Shown in pieces: positions 40,785 through 50,885 of a DNA stretch of 64,000 nt. Origin of the DNA: Bacteroidales bacterium (GTDB lineage Bacteria > Bacteroidota > Bacteroidia > Bacteroidales > WCHB1-69); assembly GCA_045598105.1 (NCBI GenBank), contig JAZLLK010000049.1, forward strand, positions 38,072 to 102,071. Reading direction: 5' to 3'. The notes below the pieces were generated by a model. The model was not told the DNA's origin and searched no databases. It saw only the letters and a list, made by a program, of their open reading frames with translations. The position numbers and the translations under genes were made by a program. Every line of letters starts with the position of its first letter. The stretch's first letter is position 1.

Positions 40785-41957
40785 GTGAAATTTATAGCCA
40801 AAACATTTGCCGGATTAGAACAGGTGGCAGCCCAAGAGTTGCAGCATTTGGGTGCAAGCCATGTGCAGGAACTTACACGTGCTGTGGCCTTTGAAGGCGA
40901 TACAACTTTATTGTATAAGGTGAATTATTGTTGTCATACCGTGCTTAGAGTGCTCATGATAGTGGCCGAATTTGAGTTTAAAACTAATGAGGACTTTTAC
41001 AAGTCGGTGTTTAATACGGACTTTTTCCCTTATTTGGATAAAAACGGCACTTTTTGCGTTCATTCCGTTATATCAGAGTCTATCTTCAGTAATTCTCAAT
41101 ATACCAGTCTGCTTACTAAAGATGCTATATGTGACAGGTATCGTGATGAGTATGACTGCCGTCCCGGAATAGATAAATTGTATCCGGATGTGTCTATAGA
41201 TGTACACATATATCGTAATAAGGCAACCATATCTTTAGACAGTTCAGGGGCATCATTGCACCGTAGAGGGTATAAAACTACCCGTCATAATGCAGCCCTT
41301 AATGAGGTAATGGCTGCCGGTATTATAGCCCTTAGCGGCTGGAAGGCCGACTGTGACCTTATAGACTTTATGTGCGGTTCGGGTACCATACCCATAGAGG
41401 CTGCTATGCTGGCATTGAATATGCCTTCGGGATATTACCGCACTGAAAATTACGGGTTCATGTACTGGAAAAATTATGATGAAGCCTTGTGGCAAAGTAT
41501 ACGTGCACAAGCCGATGATGCCTTAAAAGAAGATGTTCCCATTAAAATATATGGTAGTGATATTAACTATAAGTATATAAAGTATGATAGGGAAAATGTG
41601 GAACAATTGCGCTTAGATGATGTCATCATCTTTTCCATAGAGGACTTTGCCGATACGCAGCCGGAGCGTACACCTGCTTACGTTATTATTAATCCGCCTT
41701 ATGGTGAACGCTTACAGGTGGATGAAATAGAAAATTTTTATCAGTGTATAGGCAACATATTAAAGAAAAAATATATCAATTGTATAGCAGGAGTGCTTAC
41801 ATCCAATAAGCAGGCCATGAAATGCTTTGGACTCAAGTGCTCTCGTCGTTACAATGTATTCAATGCCGACTTGGAATGCGGATTCTATATATTTGAAATG
41901 TATTCCGGCAGTAAAAAACATAAATACGATAATATTGCAGAAAAAGAAAACGATTAA
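40785..41957 (+). CDS. THUMP-domain class I SAM-dependent RNA methyltransferase (RlmL/YpsC-like)
   Basis: N-terminal ferredoxin-like/THUMP pattern, DFMCGSGTIPIEA SAM-binding loop, and the NPPYGERL catalytic motif. GTG start. Confidence 0.85.
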   Translation: MKFIAKTFAGLEQVAAQELQHLGASHVQELTRAVAFEGDTTLLYKVNYCCHTVLRVLMIVAEFEFKTNEDFYKSVFNTDFFPYLDKNGTFCVHSVISESIFSNSQYTSLLTKDAICDRYRDEYDCRPGIDKLYPDVSIDVHIYRNKATISLDSSGASLHRRGYKTTRHNAALNEVMAAGIIALSGWKADCDLIDFMCGSGTIPIEAAMLALNMPSGYYRTENYGFMYWKNYDEALWQSIRAQADDALKEDVPIKIYGSDINYKYIKYDRENVEQLRLDDVIIFSIEDFADTQPERTPAYVIINPPYGERLQVDEIENFYQCIGNILKKKYINCIAGVLTSNKQAMKCFGLKCSRRYNVFNADLECGFYIFEMYSGSKKHKYDNIAEKEND

Positions 41958-41976
41958 TAATTAAAAAATAAGTAAA

Positions 41977-42549
41977 ATGAAAAAGTTAGTTTTAATATTA
42001 ATGTTAGGTATGGCTTGTTATGCTACTGCATGGGCCGATGGTAAAAATACCAAAGTGGCACTCAATAATGATAAGTCGGAATGGATAGACGCTACCGAAG
42101 TTACTGTGGCCGATTATAAAGAGTATGTGGATTTTTTACAGGCTAAATCAGGTGAAGCCTATGCCCAAATGGCTATGCCTAGTGTTACTATATGTAAGTC
42201 GGTATATGGTATGGTAGATTATATGCATGCGTCCTCTTGCCAAAAGCTGCCCATAGTGGGTTTAACCATGGAACAAATGCAAGCTTATTGCGCATGGCGT
42301 ACTGATAGAGAAAATTCACAAAACAAAAAGAATACCTCTTCATACGTTATATGTTCTTTGCCCACAATAAGCCACATGCAGGTAGCCTATGATAAAGGCG
42401 TAGCCGGCGTAGGTAGCGGAACGAATGAAATTACCGCTGACGGTAAAATAGTAGTAGGGGTAGGCACATACGGACTCAAAACCGAAAATGCTCCCGCAGA
42501 AGCCGGTAAATATGGTTTCCGCTGTGTTACCGTTAAAAAGGCCAGATAA
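41977..42549 (+). CDS. Small secreted SUMF1/FGE-sulfatase-fold protein
   Basis: Signal peptide, then TEVTVADYKEYVDF, LPIVGLTMEQMQAYCAW, LPTISHMQVAY and the C-terminal YGFRCV. These are the family hallmarks compressed into 190 aa. Confidence 0.55.
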   Translation: MKKLVLILMLGMACYATAWADGKNTKVALNNDKSEWIDATEVTVADYKEYVDFLQAKSGEAYAQMAMPSVTICKSVYGMVDYMHASSCQKLPIVGLTMEQMQAYCAWRTDRENSQNKKNTSSYVICSLPTISHMQVAYDKGVAGVGSGTNEITADGKIVVGVGTYGLKTENAPAEAGKYGFRCVTVKKAR

Positions 42550-42621
42550 TATAAGTATATATTAGTATGATATAATGCCCATAAGTAATGCTTGTGTGCA
42601 TTTTTTTTTGCAGAATAGCAT

Positions 42622-42660
42622 AAAAAAAGTGTTGCCCTTTGGATTTAAGGACAACACTTT
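42622..42660 (-). terminator. tdh terminator
   Basis: AGTGTTG(C)CC / GG(A)CAACACT stem, with a U7 tail on the minus strand. Confidence 0.65.
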
Positions 42661-42680
42661 ATACATTATGAACTATTGGC

Positions 42681-43640
42681 TTATATTAAGCCTTTAGCAT
42701 GTTTTGCTTTGAGGGTTTCAAGCATGTCTATAGTCATTTTATCTAAGTCATACTTGGGATTCCATCCCCATTCTTTACGTGCACAGGAATCATCCATTTT
42801 GTTCGGCCAGCTATTGGCTATGGCTTGTTTAATAGGCTCCGGTTCATATACCATTTCAAATGAAGGTATGTATTTTTTAATAGCCTGGTATATTATTTCA
42901 GGGTCAAAACTCATGGAAGTAACATTGAAAGAATTACGGTGTATCAGCTTGGAGGGATCGGCTTCCATAATGTCTACCATGGCATCTAAGGCATCCGGCA
43001 TGTACATCATGTCCATATAGGTGCCTTTTTCAAGCGGACATACAAATTTTTCACCTTTTACTGCAGCATAATATATTTCTACAGCGTAGTCGGTGGTGCC
43101 GCCACCGGGCAGGGTAAGATTTGATATTAAGCCCGGAAAACGTACCGAGCGAGTATCTACACCATAACGGGTGAAATAATAGTCACTCAACAATTCACCT
43201 GTAACCTTGGTAACACCATATATGGTATTAGGCCTTTGAATGGTGTCTTGAGGAGTGAGGTCATGAGGAGTGCTGGGGCCAAATGCACCTATAGATGAAG
43301 GTGTAAACATGGCACAATTGAATATACGGGCTGTTTCAAGGCAATTAACCAAGCTGCCTATACCTACATTCCATCCTAACATGGGGTTCTTTTCGGCTGT
43401 GGCCGAAAGAATGGCTGCCAAATTATATATGGTGTCTATTTTGTATTTTTTTACTACGTCAATTATTTGGGTAATTTGGGTAGAATCCACTCTTTCAAAA
43501 GGACCCTGCTCTACTATATCACCACTCAATTGACGAAGGTCACTGGCTACAACGTTAGAATTACCATAGGTAGCACGTAATTTTTTTACCAATTCTGTTC
43601 CGATTTGACCACCGGAACCCACAACTAATATTTTATTCAT
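42681..43640 (-). CDS. tdh: L-threonine 3-dehydrogenase, short-chain (UDP-glucose-4-epimerase-like) type
   Basis: ILVVGSGGQIGTELV Rossmann motif, the YGVTK catalytic Tyr-x-x-x-Lys, and ~319 aa as in the extended-SDR threonine dehydrogenase family. Confidence 0.75.
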   Translation of the reverse strand: MNKILVVGSGGQIGTELVKKLRATYGNSNVVASDLRQLSGDIVEQGPFERVDSTQITQIIDVVKKYKIDTIYNLAAILSATAEKNPMLGWNVGIGSLVNCLETARIFNCAMFTPSSIGAFGPSTPHDLTPQDTIQRPNTIYGVTKVTGELLSDYYFTRYGVDTRSVRFPGLISNLTLPGGGTTDYAVEIYYAAVKGEKFVCPLEKGTYMDMMYMPDALDAMVDIMEADPSKLIHRNSFNVTSMSFDPEIIYQAIKKYIPSFEMVYEPEPIKQAIANSWPNKMDDSCARKEWGWNPKYDLDKMTIDMLETLKAKHAKGLI

Positions 43641-43669
43641 GTCTCAATTATGCTTTTGAAATTTTTTTG

Positions 43670-43677
43670 CAAATGTA
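43670..43677 (-). promoter_or_regulatory. -7 box TACATTTG for tdh
   Basis: CAAATGTA on the plus strand, 30 nt upstream of the ATG at 43640. Confidence 0.55.
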
Positions 43678-43932
43678 AAAAAAAAGAGCGTATCAAACTC
43701 GCTTTTGTCGCTTTTTTTTTGCAAAAAAAATGAACTGTTCCTTAATGTGCTGTATTTTATTATCTTAAAAATAGTAGCCGATTGTTGTGCTCTATACAAA
43801 GCAGGGAATACCTTGTTCGTGTTTTACCAAATGAAAATCCCTGCTCTATATTATAATGTAGGTATTGGCATTTTTATGACAGTTTTTTTTGTAATATTGA
43901 TTTTTTTTTAATGAACATATTGATTTTTTTGC

Positions 43933-43940
43933 TACCTTTG
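43933..43940 (+). promoter_or_regulatory. -7 box TACCTTTG for ppiD
   Basis: 48 nt upstream of the ATG at 43988. Confidence 0.65.
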
Positions 43941-43987
43941 CAGATTATTTTAATTATAAAAACATAAAAGTACATACATAAAGCAAT

Positions 43988-46120
43988 ATGGCAGCAATAG
44001 GAAGAATTAGAAAGCATTCAACTATCTTGCTTATCGTAGTAGCAGGAGCATTGTTAGCATTTATTTTAGGAGACTTCGGTCGCAAAGGTGGCAATTCCAA
44101 ATTGCAGGATAAATTCATAGTAGTAGGTAAAAATACCATATCCTACAATGATTACATGCGTCAGTATAATTCATATCGTGATTTGGTAAAGGAAAGAGAA
44201 GGCCGTAATCTCTCTTCAGAAGAAGATTTTCAATTGGGTAACCAATTGTATGAATCGTTAGTGGATTCTATATTGTTAGCTGATGAGTCCGGCCGCTTAG
44301 GTATATCTGTTACGAATGAAGAAACCCGAGATTTGGTTGCCGGTCCTAACGCACATCAATATGCCCAGCGTTTTTTCTCTGACGGAACGTCGTACAATAT
44401 GCAGTTGGCTAATCAGTTTCTTGACAATATGGATCAATATGATACCACTATTGTAAAACAATACATGGAATTGGAACGCTATGTGGTAAGAGAAGCCGCT
44501 ATTAATAAATACTTCAATTTGCTCACCCATTCATTCAATATGCCTAAGGCTATGGTGAAAAAATTGCAGGAAGAAAATGCACTTAAGGCAGATATAGAAT
44601 TAGTACAGGTGTCCTACAATCACGAGTTGGTAAGTGATGATAAAATTTCCGTATCACAAGCCGATATTAAAAAATGGTATGAGGATAACAAATTCCGCTT
44701 TAAACAGGATGAAGAATATCGTGAAGTGGAATACGTAATGTTCCGTATAGAGCCTTCAGTAGGTGACTTGCAGCAAATAGAAGAAGATGTACACCGCATG
44801 TACACCGAATTTGCTACCTCCGAAAGGCCTCAGGACTATGTGAACCACATGGTAGATTCCCGTTATGATAGTACTTATAAGCGTCAGGGTGAGCTTGCTC
44901 CCGCATTAGATACCATATTATTTAACGCTCCTGCCGGTACTTTGGTAGAGCCGTTTGTAGATGGTAACATGTGGACATTTGCCAAGTTATTAAATGTAAA
45001 TGACCGTCCGGATTCGGTGAACATTAATTTTATATTCGTAGCAGAAAAAGGTGTACAAGGTGCTCCCAGAACCAAGGCAGAAGCTGACGCTAAAATAGAC
45101 AGCGCCATGCAGGCATTGCAGGCCGGTGAAGATTTTACCGCTGTAGCCAAAGCTTATTCCGATATTCCTATAGAAGGACAGCCCGATGAAGGCAGAATAT
45201 GGTTAATTGACGGTGTGGGTGATGGTCAGTTGTTCTTTGATACCTTATACAAACACGCTGAAGGCAGCTTGGTAAAATATGACTACCAGGGTGGTACTTA
45301 TATTTTCAGAATTAATGAACGCACCGCTTTTAATCGTAAAGTTCAGGTGGCTATAGGTAAAAAAGAAATAGCTCCTTCTACCGAAACGGTAGATAACATA
45401 GAAAGCAGAGCCAATTCATTTGTTAACGGTTTGAGTTCTATTAGTGATTTTGATAAGGCCGTTACCGCTCAAAATTTAGATAAACGCTCATTTGAAAGAG
45501 TAGAAAAAATGTCATATACTTTGCCCGGAGTTACAGTTACCAGTCGTGATATTATTCATTGGATATATGACAAAGATACTAAAAAAGGTGATGTATCACA
45601 AGTGTTTACTACCGAAAATGCTTATGTAGTAGTGGCTCTTAAAGGTATATATCCTAAAGGCTATATGTCATTGGAACAGGAGCAAATAAAAAATTACTGT
45701 GAAACCATGGCTAAAAGAGATAAAAAATCGGCCAAATTGGAAGAATTACTTGCTAAAGACGTAAAAGCAGGCAGCAGCCTTGCTTCCATAGCAGGTAAAT
45801 ATAAATCCGAAGCCGAGCAAATTACCGTAAGTTATGCTGACAGAAACTTTTCACACTATGGACCTGAAGATAAATTAATAGGTAAACTTATGGGTCAAAA
45901 AGCCGGCAGTACTCAGGTATATGTAGGTGACATGGGCGTATATGTAATTAAAATAAACAAAATAGACGTACCTTCATTAGATGTAAAGGCTAATGACGAA
46001 AACGCCGACATGTTAAAGCAGCAATACTCCATGATGATGCAAAGCAGAGTACAAAACCAAACTACTCCTGCCTTGAAGAAAATGGTGAAAATTAAAGATA
46101 ATCGTACATTAGTATTTTAA
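43988..46120 (+). CDS. ppiD: Periplasmic chaperone / peptidyl-prolyl isomerase PpiD-like (membrane-anchored SurA-type)
   Basis: N-terminus MAAIGRIRKHSTILLIVVAGALLAFILGDF is the typical PpiD anchor. A parvulin-like region lies mid-protein. Confidence 0.75.
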   Translation: MAAIGRIRKHSTILLIVVAGALLAFILGDFGRKGGNSKLQDKFIVVGKNTISYNDYMRQYNSYRDLVKEREGRNLSSEEDFQLGNQLYESLVDSILLADESGRLGISVTNEETRDLVAGPNAHQYAQRFFSDGTSYNMQLANQFLDNMDQYDTTIVKQYMELERYVVREAAINKYFNLLTHSFNMPKAMVKKLQEENALKADIELVQVSYNHELVSDDKISVSQADIKKWYEDNKFRFKQDEEYREVEYVMFRIEPSVGDLQQIEEDVHRMYTEFATSERPQDYVNHMVDSRYDSTYKRQGELAPALDTILFNAPAGTLVEPFVDGNMWTFAKLLNVNDRPDSVNINFIFVAEKGVQGAPRTKAEADAKIDSAMQALQAGEDFTAVAKAYSDIPIEGQPDEGRIWLIDGVGDGQLFFDTLYKHAEGSLVKYDYQGGTYIFRINERTAFNRKVQVAIGKKEIAPSTETVDNIESRANSFVNGLSSISDFDKAVTAQNLDKRSFERVEKMSYTLPGVTVTSRDIIHWIYDKDTKKGDVSQVFTTENAYVVVALKGIYPKGYMSLEQEQIKNYCETMAKRDKKSAKLEELLAKDVKAGSSLASIAGKYKSEAEQITVSYADRNFSHYGPEDKLIGKLMGQKAGSTQVYVGDMGVYVIKINKIDVPSLDVKANDENADMLKQQYSMMMQSRVQNQTTPALKKMVKIKDNRTLVF

Positions 46121-46139
46121 TGTTTAAATACCTTATAAA

Positions 46140-46655
46140 ATGAAAAAAATAATAGTTTTAGTATTAGGCGTGGTAGCTTTTACCATGGTGAGTTGTGATA
46201 AAAACACACCGGAAGAAGCAGTAAAAGAATATTATACACATTATTTTAAAGGTGAATTTGACCAAATACAGGAATGTGTATTAGAAGAACATCGTGCTTA
46301 CTATCAAATACTTCAAGGATTTGTATCAGAAGAAGATAAGCAGAACGCAGCTAATTTGAAAGTAGATATTAAAGACGTAAAATGCGAAATAGTAGATGAT
46401 ACATTGGCCACTTGTACCTGTATTATACGGGTAGAAGATAAGCAAACTTCTGAAGTGGAAGAAAATAAGGAAGTAATAGATTTGAAAAAAGTTGGCAAAA
46501 AATGGTTGGTAGATTCCGGTAAAGAAAATACTATGCCCGATGATACCGAAATGGATGACTTTGACGTAGATGCCGAAATGTCAGAACCTGCCGAATTAGA
46601 AGAAGCTATGATAGAGCCTGTAGAAGAAGAACCTGCAGATGAAGTAGCCGAATAA
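46140..46655 (+). CDS. Lipoprotein (DUF4878-like) with an acidic C-terminal tail
   Basis: Lipobox FTMVSC, then an EEAVKEYYTHYFKGEFDQI-type small globular domain, and the tail ...EPAELEEAMIEPVEEEPADEVAE. Confidence 0.6.
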   Translation: MKKIIVLVLGVVAFTMVSCDKNTPEEAVKEYYTHYFKGEFDQIQECVLEEHRAYYQILQGFVSEEDKQNAANLKVDIKDVKCEIVDDTLATCTCIIRVEDKQTSEVEENKEVIDLKKVGKKWLVDSGKENTMPDDTEMDDFDVDAEMSEPAELEEAMIEPVEEEPADEVAE

Positions 46656-46675
46656 GTTATACATTTAATATATAA

Positions 46676-46709
46676 TTAGCTGTTTGGTTTCAAACAGCTA
46701 ATTTTTTTT
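46676..46709 (+). terminator. Terminator after the ppiD/lipoprotein unit
   Basis: TTAGCTGTTTG / CAAACAGCTAA 11-bp stem followed by a T8 run. Confidence 0.85.
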
Positions 46710-46711
46710 AT

Positions 46712-47368
46712 ATGAAAAAGTATAGTATTGTAGCCATAGTTGTAGTAATAATAGCCGTATTTGCCCTGCTATGGATACGTAATGTAAAGGGAACCTCGTA
46801 TTATTATTCGCAACAGCCTGTAGCTGTATTGTCCCCTAAGGAATATGCTCAGTTACGTACGGGTGATGTAATCATGCGGCACGGTTTTGGCTTAATAAGT
46901 AATGCTATAGTAAAGTATGCACACGATAGTGTGCCTGTATCACATTGCGGTATAGTGGTGCAGCATGCTGATAGTACGTGGTGGGTTATACACACGGTGT
47001 CCAATTCTTTGGCCCATATTGACGGCATGCAGCAGGATGCTTTGCCTAAATTTTTGGCTGAAAGCCATAAAAACAGTATAGTAGTGCAACGTTATATATC
47101 CTGTGATACCATGTCAGGTAAGCGTATAGCCGAGGCAGCAGGGTATTATTTGCAACAAAAAGTCCCCTTTGATGACAGCTTTGATACCCAAGACAGTTCC
47201 GAATTCTTCTGCACGGAAATGCTTTGTTATGTATTTAAGCGTGCCTGCAATGATAATATTCTGCAGCTAAAAGGGCATACCGTTTATAATATGATGCAGT
47301 TTGCCATGCTGATGGATACTACACGGTTCACTACCATTATTAATCAAACCATAAATACATCCGAGTAA
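46712..47368 (+). CDS. YiiX-like permuted papain/NlpC-P60 family protein
   Basis: N-terminal transmembrane helix, then GDVIMRHG, SHCGIVV and FFCTEM motifs in the permuted order. Confidence 0.6.
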   Translation: MKKYSIVAIVVVIIAVFALLWIRNVKGTSYYYSQQPVAVLSPKEYAQLRTGDVIMRHGFGLISNAIVKYAHDSVPVSHCGIVVQHADSTWWVIHTVSNSLAHIDGMQQDALPKFLAESHKNSIVVQRYISCDTMSGKRIAEAAGYYLQQKVPFDDSFDTQDSSEFFCTEMLCYVFKRACNDNILQLKGHTVYNMMQFAMLMDTTRFTTIINQTINTSE

Positions 47369-47369
47369 A

Positions 47370-50300
47370 ATGAACATAAAGGATTTGTTAAAAGTATACG
47401 GGCAGTCGGTTAAAATGCAGCATGTAGCCGATCTGCTTACTCAGCAGCATACATGTAGAGTACATTTGCACGGATTAAAAGGAAGTGCAAAGGCATTTTA
47501 TATGGCGGCGGTAGCACAAGCAGTGCCTCGTATGCAGGTGTGCGTACTTCCTGATAAAGAATCGGCAGCTTTCTTTTATGGCGACTTGGAGCAAATATAT
47601 GAAGAACAGGACAAAGAGTTTAAAAGTAGAAAGGTGTTGTTTTTTCCTGCCAAAACTGCAAGTAGTAAAACCGATAGCTACAATACCTTATTGCGTAATA
47701 CGGTATTGCAAAAACTGGTAGACGGTAATGTGAGCATAGTGGTGTCCTATACCGAGGCTATGGCGGAAAAAGTGGCAGATATCAAGCATGCTGCCAACGA
47801 TGCTATACGCCTGCAAACCGATCAGGTGTATGATTTGGATGCCTTGGTGGAACAATTGTCACAGTCTGATTTTGAATACAGTGAGTATGTAGTGCAACCC
47901 GGACAATTTACCATACGTGGCGGATTGGTAGATGTGTTTTCCTATTCCGATGAAATGCCTGTACGCATAGAATTTAGCGGTGATAAAATAGCATCTATAC
48001 GTCTGTTTGATATAGAAAGCCAGCTCACGCAAAAAGTTTTGAAAAAAGTAAACATTATATCAGATATACAGTCCACCCTAAAGGGTGAAAAAATAAATGT
48101 AATGCAGTTATTACCTGCTAATGCGTGTGTGTGGGTAGATGATGTGGAAGCTTGTGATTATGCACTTAAAAAAGCCATATCTGCCGCTGAAATGCAGGAG
48201 GATGAATCAAACTTTATTCCACATGTAGGTGCCGAAGAGTTTAAGCGTAGTATGCTACAATATGCCATGGTGGAATTCGGGACCAATTATTATACGCAGG
48301 CCACCGGTGAAGCCCAATTTAATATACAGCCACAGTTGTCGTATAATAAGCAGTTTGATATGCTTATTAATGAATGGATACAGCATTATCAGCAGGGTGT
48401 GGTGAATGTATTTTCCTCTGCTAATGAAAATCAAAGCATGCGTGTGCGTAATATAGTGCGTGATATGTTGGCTTCCGATACATATACCCGAGCCTATAGT
48501 AATGAAGTATTGCAGCAAATGGAGCAAAATATGGTGCAGTATGTTAATTACTCTTTACATGAAGGCTTTACCGATGATGATAATAAGTTGGCATTGTATA
48601 CCGACCATCAGGTTTTTAATCGTTATCACCGGTATAAAATAGAGGATAAATATAAGAAAAACGAATCACTATCCCTTAAGGAATTGTACGATTTAAAACC
48701 CGGCGATTATATTACCCATATAGACCATGGTATAGGGCAATATGCGGGATTGGAAAAAATAGACGTGGGCGGTAAGCAGCAGGAAGCCATAAAGATAATA
48801 TATAAGGGTAATGATGTGCTGTATATAAGTATACATTCATTACAGCGAATAGCCAAATATTCCGGTAAAGACGGCATGGAGCCCACACTGAATCGTTTGG
48901 GTAGTAATGCATGGAATAAGGTGAAAGAAAAAACTAAAAGCAGAGTGAAGCAGTTGGTTTTCGACCTGGCGCAATTGTATGCCGAGCGTAAATCTGCCGA
49001 CGGATTTGCTTTTTCACCTGATAATTATATGCAAAATGAGTTGGAAGCATCGTTCATATATGAAGATACTCCTGATCAAATGAAAGCTACAGCCGATGTA
49101 AAAAAGGATATGGAAGCCGCTTGCCCCATGGATAGGCTTATATGTGGCGATGTGGGGTTTGGTAAAACCGAAATAGCCGTGCGTGCCGCTTTTAAGGCCG
49201 TGTGTGACAATAAGCAGGTGGCCATATTGGTGCCTACCACGGTATTGGCATTGCAGCATTATAACACATTTAGAGACCGATTGGCTCATTTCCCCTGCAG
49301 TGTGGATTATGTCAATAGGTTTAAGTCTGCCAAGCAGCAAAAAGAAGCTTTGCAAAAACTGAAGGAGGGTAAACTGGATATCATAATAGGAACTCACCGA
49401 TTGTTGGGAAAGGATGTGGAATTTAAGGATTTGGGGTTGCTTATAGTAGATGAGGAACAAAAATTTGGCGTGGGCGCCAAAGAAAAACTCCGTCGTATGA
49501 AAGTGAATGTAGATACGCTTACCATGACCGCTACTCCCATACCGCGTACATTGCAATTTTCCCTTATGGGAGCCCGTGATATATCTATAATGCGAACGCC
49601 TCCTTTGAACCGTTACCCTATAGAAACCTCAGTAAGGGTATATAGTGATGAAGTATTGTTCCAAGCCATAGAATATGAGGTGTTTCGCAACGGACAGGTA
49701 TTTGTAGTGCATAACAGGGTGCAAAATATAATGGATATAGCCAATTTGATACAGGCCCGTTTCCCTCATCATAGGGTAGCCGTGGGGCACGGCCAAATGG
49801 AAGGCGATAAGCTGGAAAAAATAATGATGGATTTTATAGACGGGTATTATGATATATTGGTGTCTACTACTATAGTGGAATCGGGACTGGATATACCTAA
49901 TGCCAATACTATTATAATAAATGAAGCTCAAAATTACGGATTGAGCGAATTGCACCAGCTGAGAGGGCGGGTAGGGCGTAAGAATAAAAAAGCATTTTGC
50001 TATTTGCTTACTCCGCCTAAAAGCATGCTTAGTGATGTCGCCCGTAAGCGGCTGGATGCCATAGAAGAGTATGCTGATATAGGCAGCGGATTCAATATAG
50101 CCATGCGTGATTTGGATATAAGAGGAGCCGGTAATTTGCTGGGTGCTGAACAAAGCGGATTCATAACCGAAATAGGATATGAAATGTATCAAAAAATATT
50201 GCAGGAGGCCATAGCAGAAATGCAGGCCGAAACTGCAATAGGTGATGGTACGCAGGAGGTGTGCTATGTGCGTGAATGCGCTATAGAAACTGATATGGAA

Positions 50301-50723
50301 CTGCTTATACCCGATAGCTATGTGTATGCTTCAGAAGAGCGTTTTTCGCTTTATAAGGAACTTAATACCCTTGCCACCGATGAGGAATTAGATCAGTATG
50401 AAATTCGCCTGGCCGATAGGTTTGGTGCGGTGCCACCGCAAACACGTGATTTGGTGCTTTCCATGAAAATACGTAACAGAGCCAAACAGGTGGGATTTGA
50501 AAAAATAGTGCTTAAGCAAAATAAATTGATAGGTTATTTTACATCGCAGCAGGATTCTTCGTATTATGAAACGCCGCAATTTCAGCATGTGCTTGGCTAT
50601 ATGCAGGCACACCCCCATATATGCCACATGAAAGAAATGCCAGGCAAACTTACGCTTACTATAGATAAAATACATAGTATAGAACAGGCTATGCAACTGA
50701 TGGTGGCATTAATGCTGCCATAG
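47370..50723 (+). CDS. mfd: Transcription-repair coupling factor
   Basis: 1117 aa with CarD-like region (GDYITHIDHGIGQYAG), Walker A GDVGFGKTE, DEEQKFG, and helicase C plus TRCF domains. Confidence 0.95.
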   Translation: MNIKDLLKVYGQSVKMQHVADLLTQQHTCRVHLHGLKGSAKAFYMAAVAQAVPRMQVCVLPDKESAAFFYGDLEQIYEEQDKEFKSRKVLFFPAKTASSKTDSYNTLLRNTVLQKLVDGNVSIVVSYTEAMAEKVADIKHAANDAIRLQTDQVYDLDALVEQLSQSDFEYSEYVVQPGQFTIRGGLVDVFSYSDEMPVRIEFSGDKIASIRLFDIESQLTQKVLKKVNIISDIQSTLKGEKINVMQLLPANACVWVDDVEACDYALKKAISAAEMQEDESNFIPHVGAEEFKRSMLQYAMVEFGTNYYTQATGEAQFNIQPQLSYNKQFDMLINEWIQHYQQGVVNVFSSANENQSMRVRNIVRDMLASDTYTRAYSNEVLQQMEQNMVQYVNYSLHEGFTDDDNKLALYTDHQVFNRYHRYKIEDKYKKNESLSLKELYDLKPGDYITHIDHGIGQYAGLEKIDVGGKQQEAIKIIYKGNDVLYISIHSLQRIAKYSGKDGMEPTLNRLGSNAWNKVKEKTKSRVKQLVFDLAQLYAERKSADGFAFSPDNYMQNELEASFIYEDTPDQMKATADVKKDMEAACPMDRLICGDVGFGKTEIAVRAAFKAVCDNKQVAILVPTTVLALQHYNTFRDRLAHFPCSVDYVNRFKSAKQQKEALQKLKEGKLDIIIGTHRLLGKDVEFKDLGLLIVDEEQKFGVGAKEKLRRMKVNVDTLTMTATPIPRTLQFSLMGARDISIMRTPPLNRYPIETSVRVYSDEVLFQAIEYEVFRNGQVFVVHNRVQNIMDIANLIQARFPHHRVAVGHGQMEGDKLEKIMMDFIDGYYDILVSTTIVESGLDIPNANTIIINEAQNYGLSELHQLRGRVGRKNKKAFCYLLTPPKSMLSDVARKRLDAIEEYADIGSGFNIAMRDLDIRGAGNLLGAEQSGFITEIGYEMYQKILQEAIAEMQAETAIGDGTQEVCYVRECAIETDMELLIPDSYVYASEERFSLYKELNTLATDEELDQYEIRLADRFGAVPPQTRDLVLSMKIRNRAKQVGFEKIVLKQNKLIGYFTSQQDSSYYETPQFQHVLGYMQAHPHICHMKEMPGKLTLTIDKIHSIEQAMQLMVALMLP

Positions 50724-50765
50724 AAAAAAATTTTTTTGTTTTTTTGTTCATGTTAAAAAAAATGT

Positions 50766-50773
50766 TATCTTTG
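50766..50773 (+). promoter_or_regulatory. -7 box TATCTTTG for the M28-like/trmN6 pair
   Basis: Context TGTTATCTTTGCA, 113 nt upstream of the ATG at 50886. Confidence 0.6.
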
Positions 50774-50885
50774 CATTGTCGTTAATATGGATATTTTATA
50801 GTAATGATATGAATTATTATTACGTAAAGTATTGTATAACACATTACAACTACAAATAATACAAACAAACAAAAAACTCAGTCTT

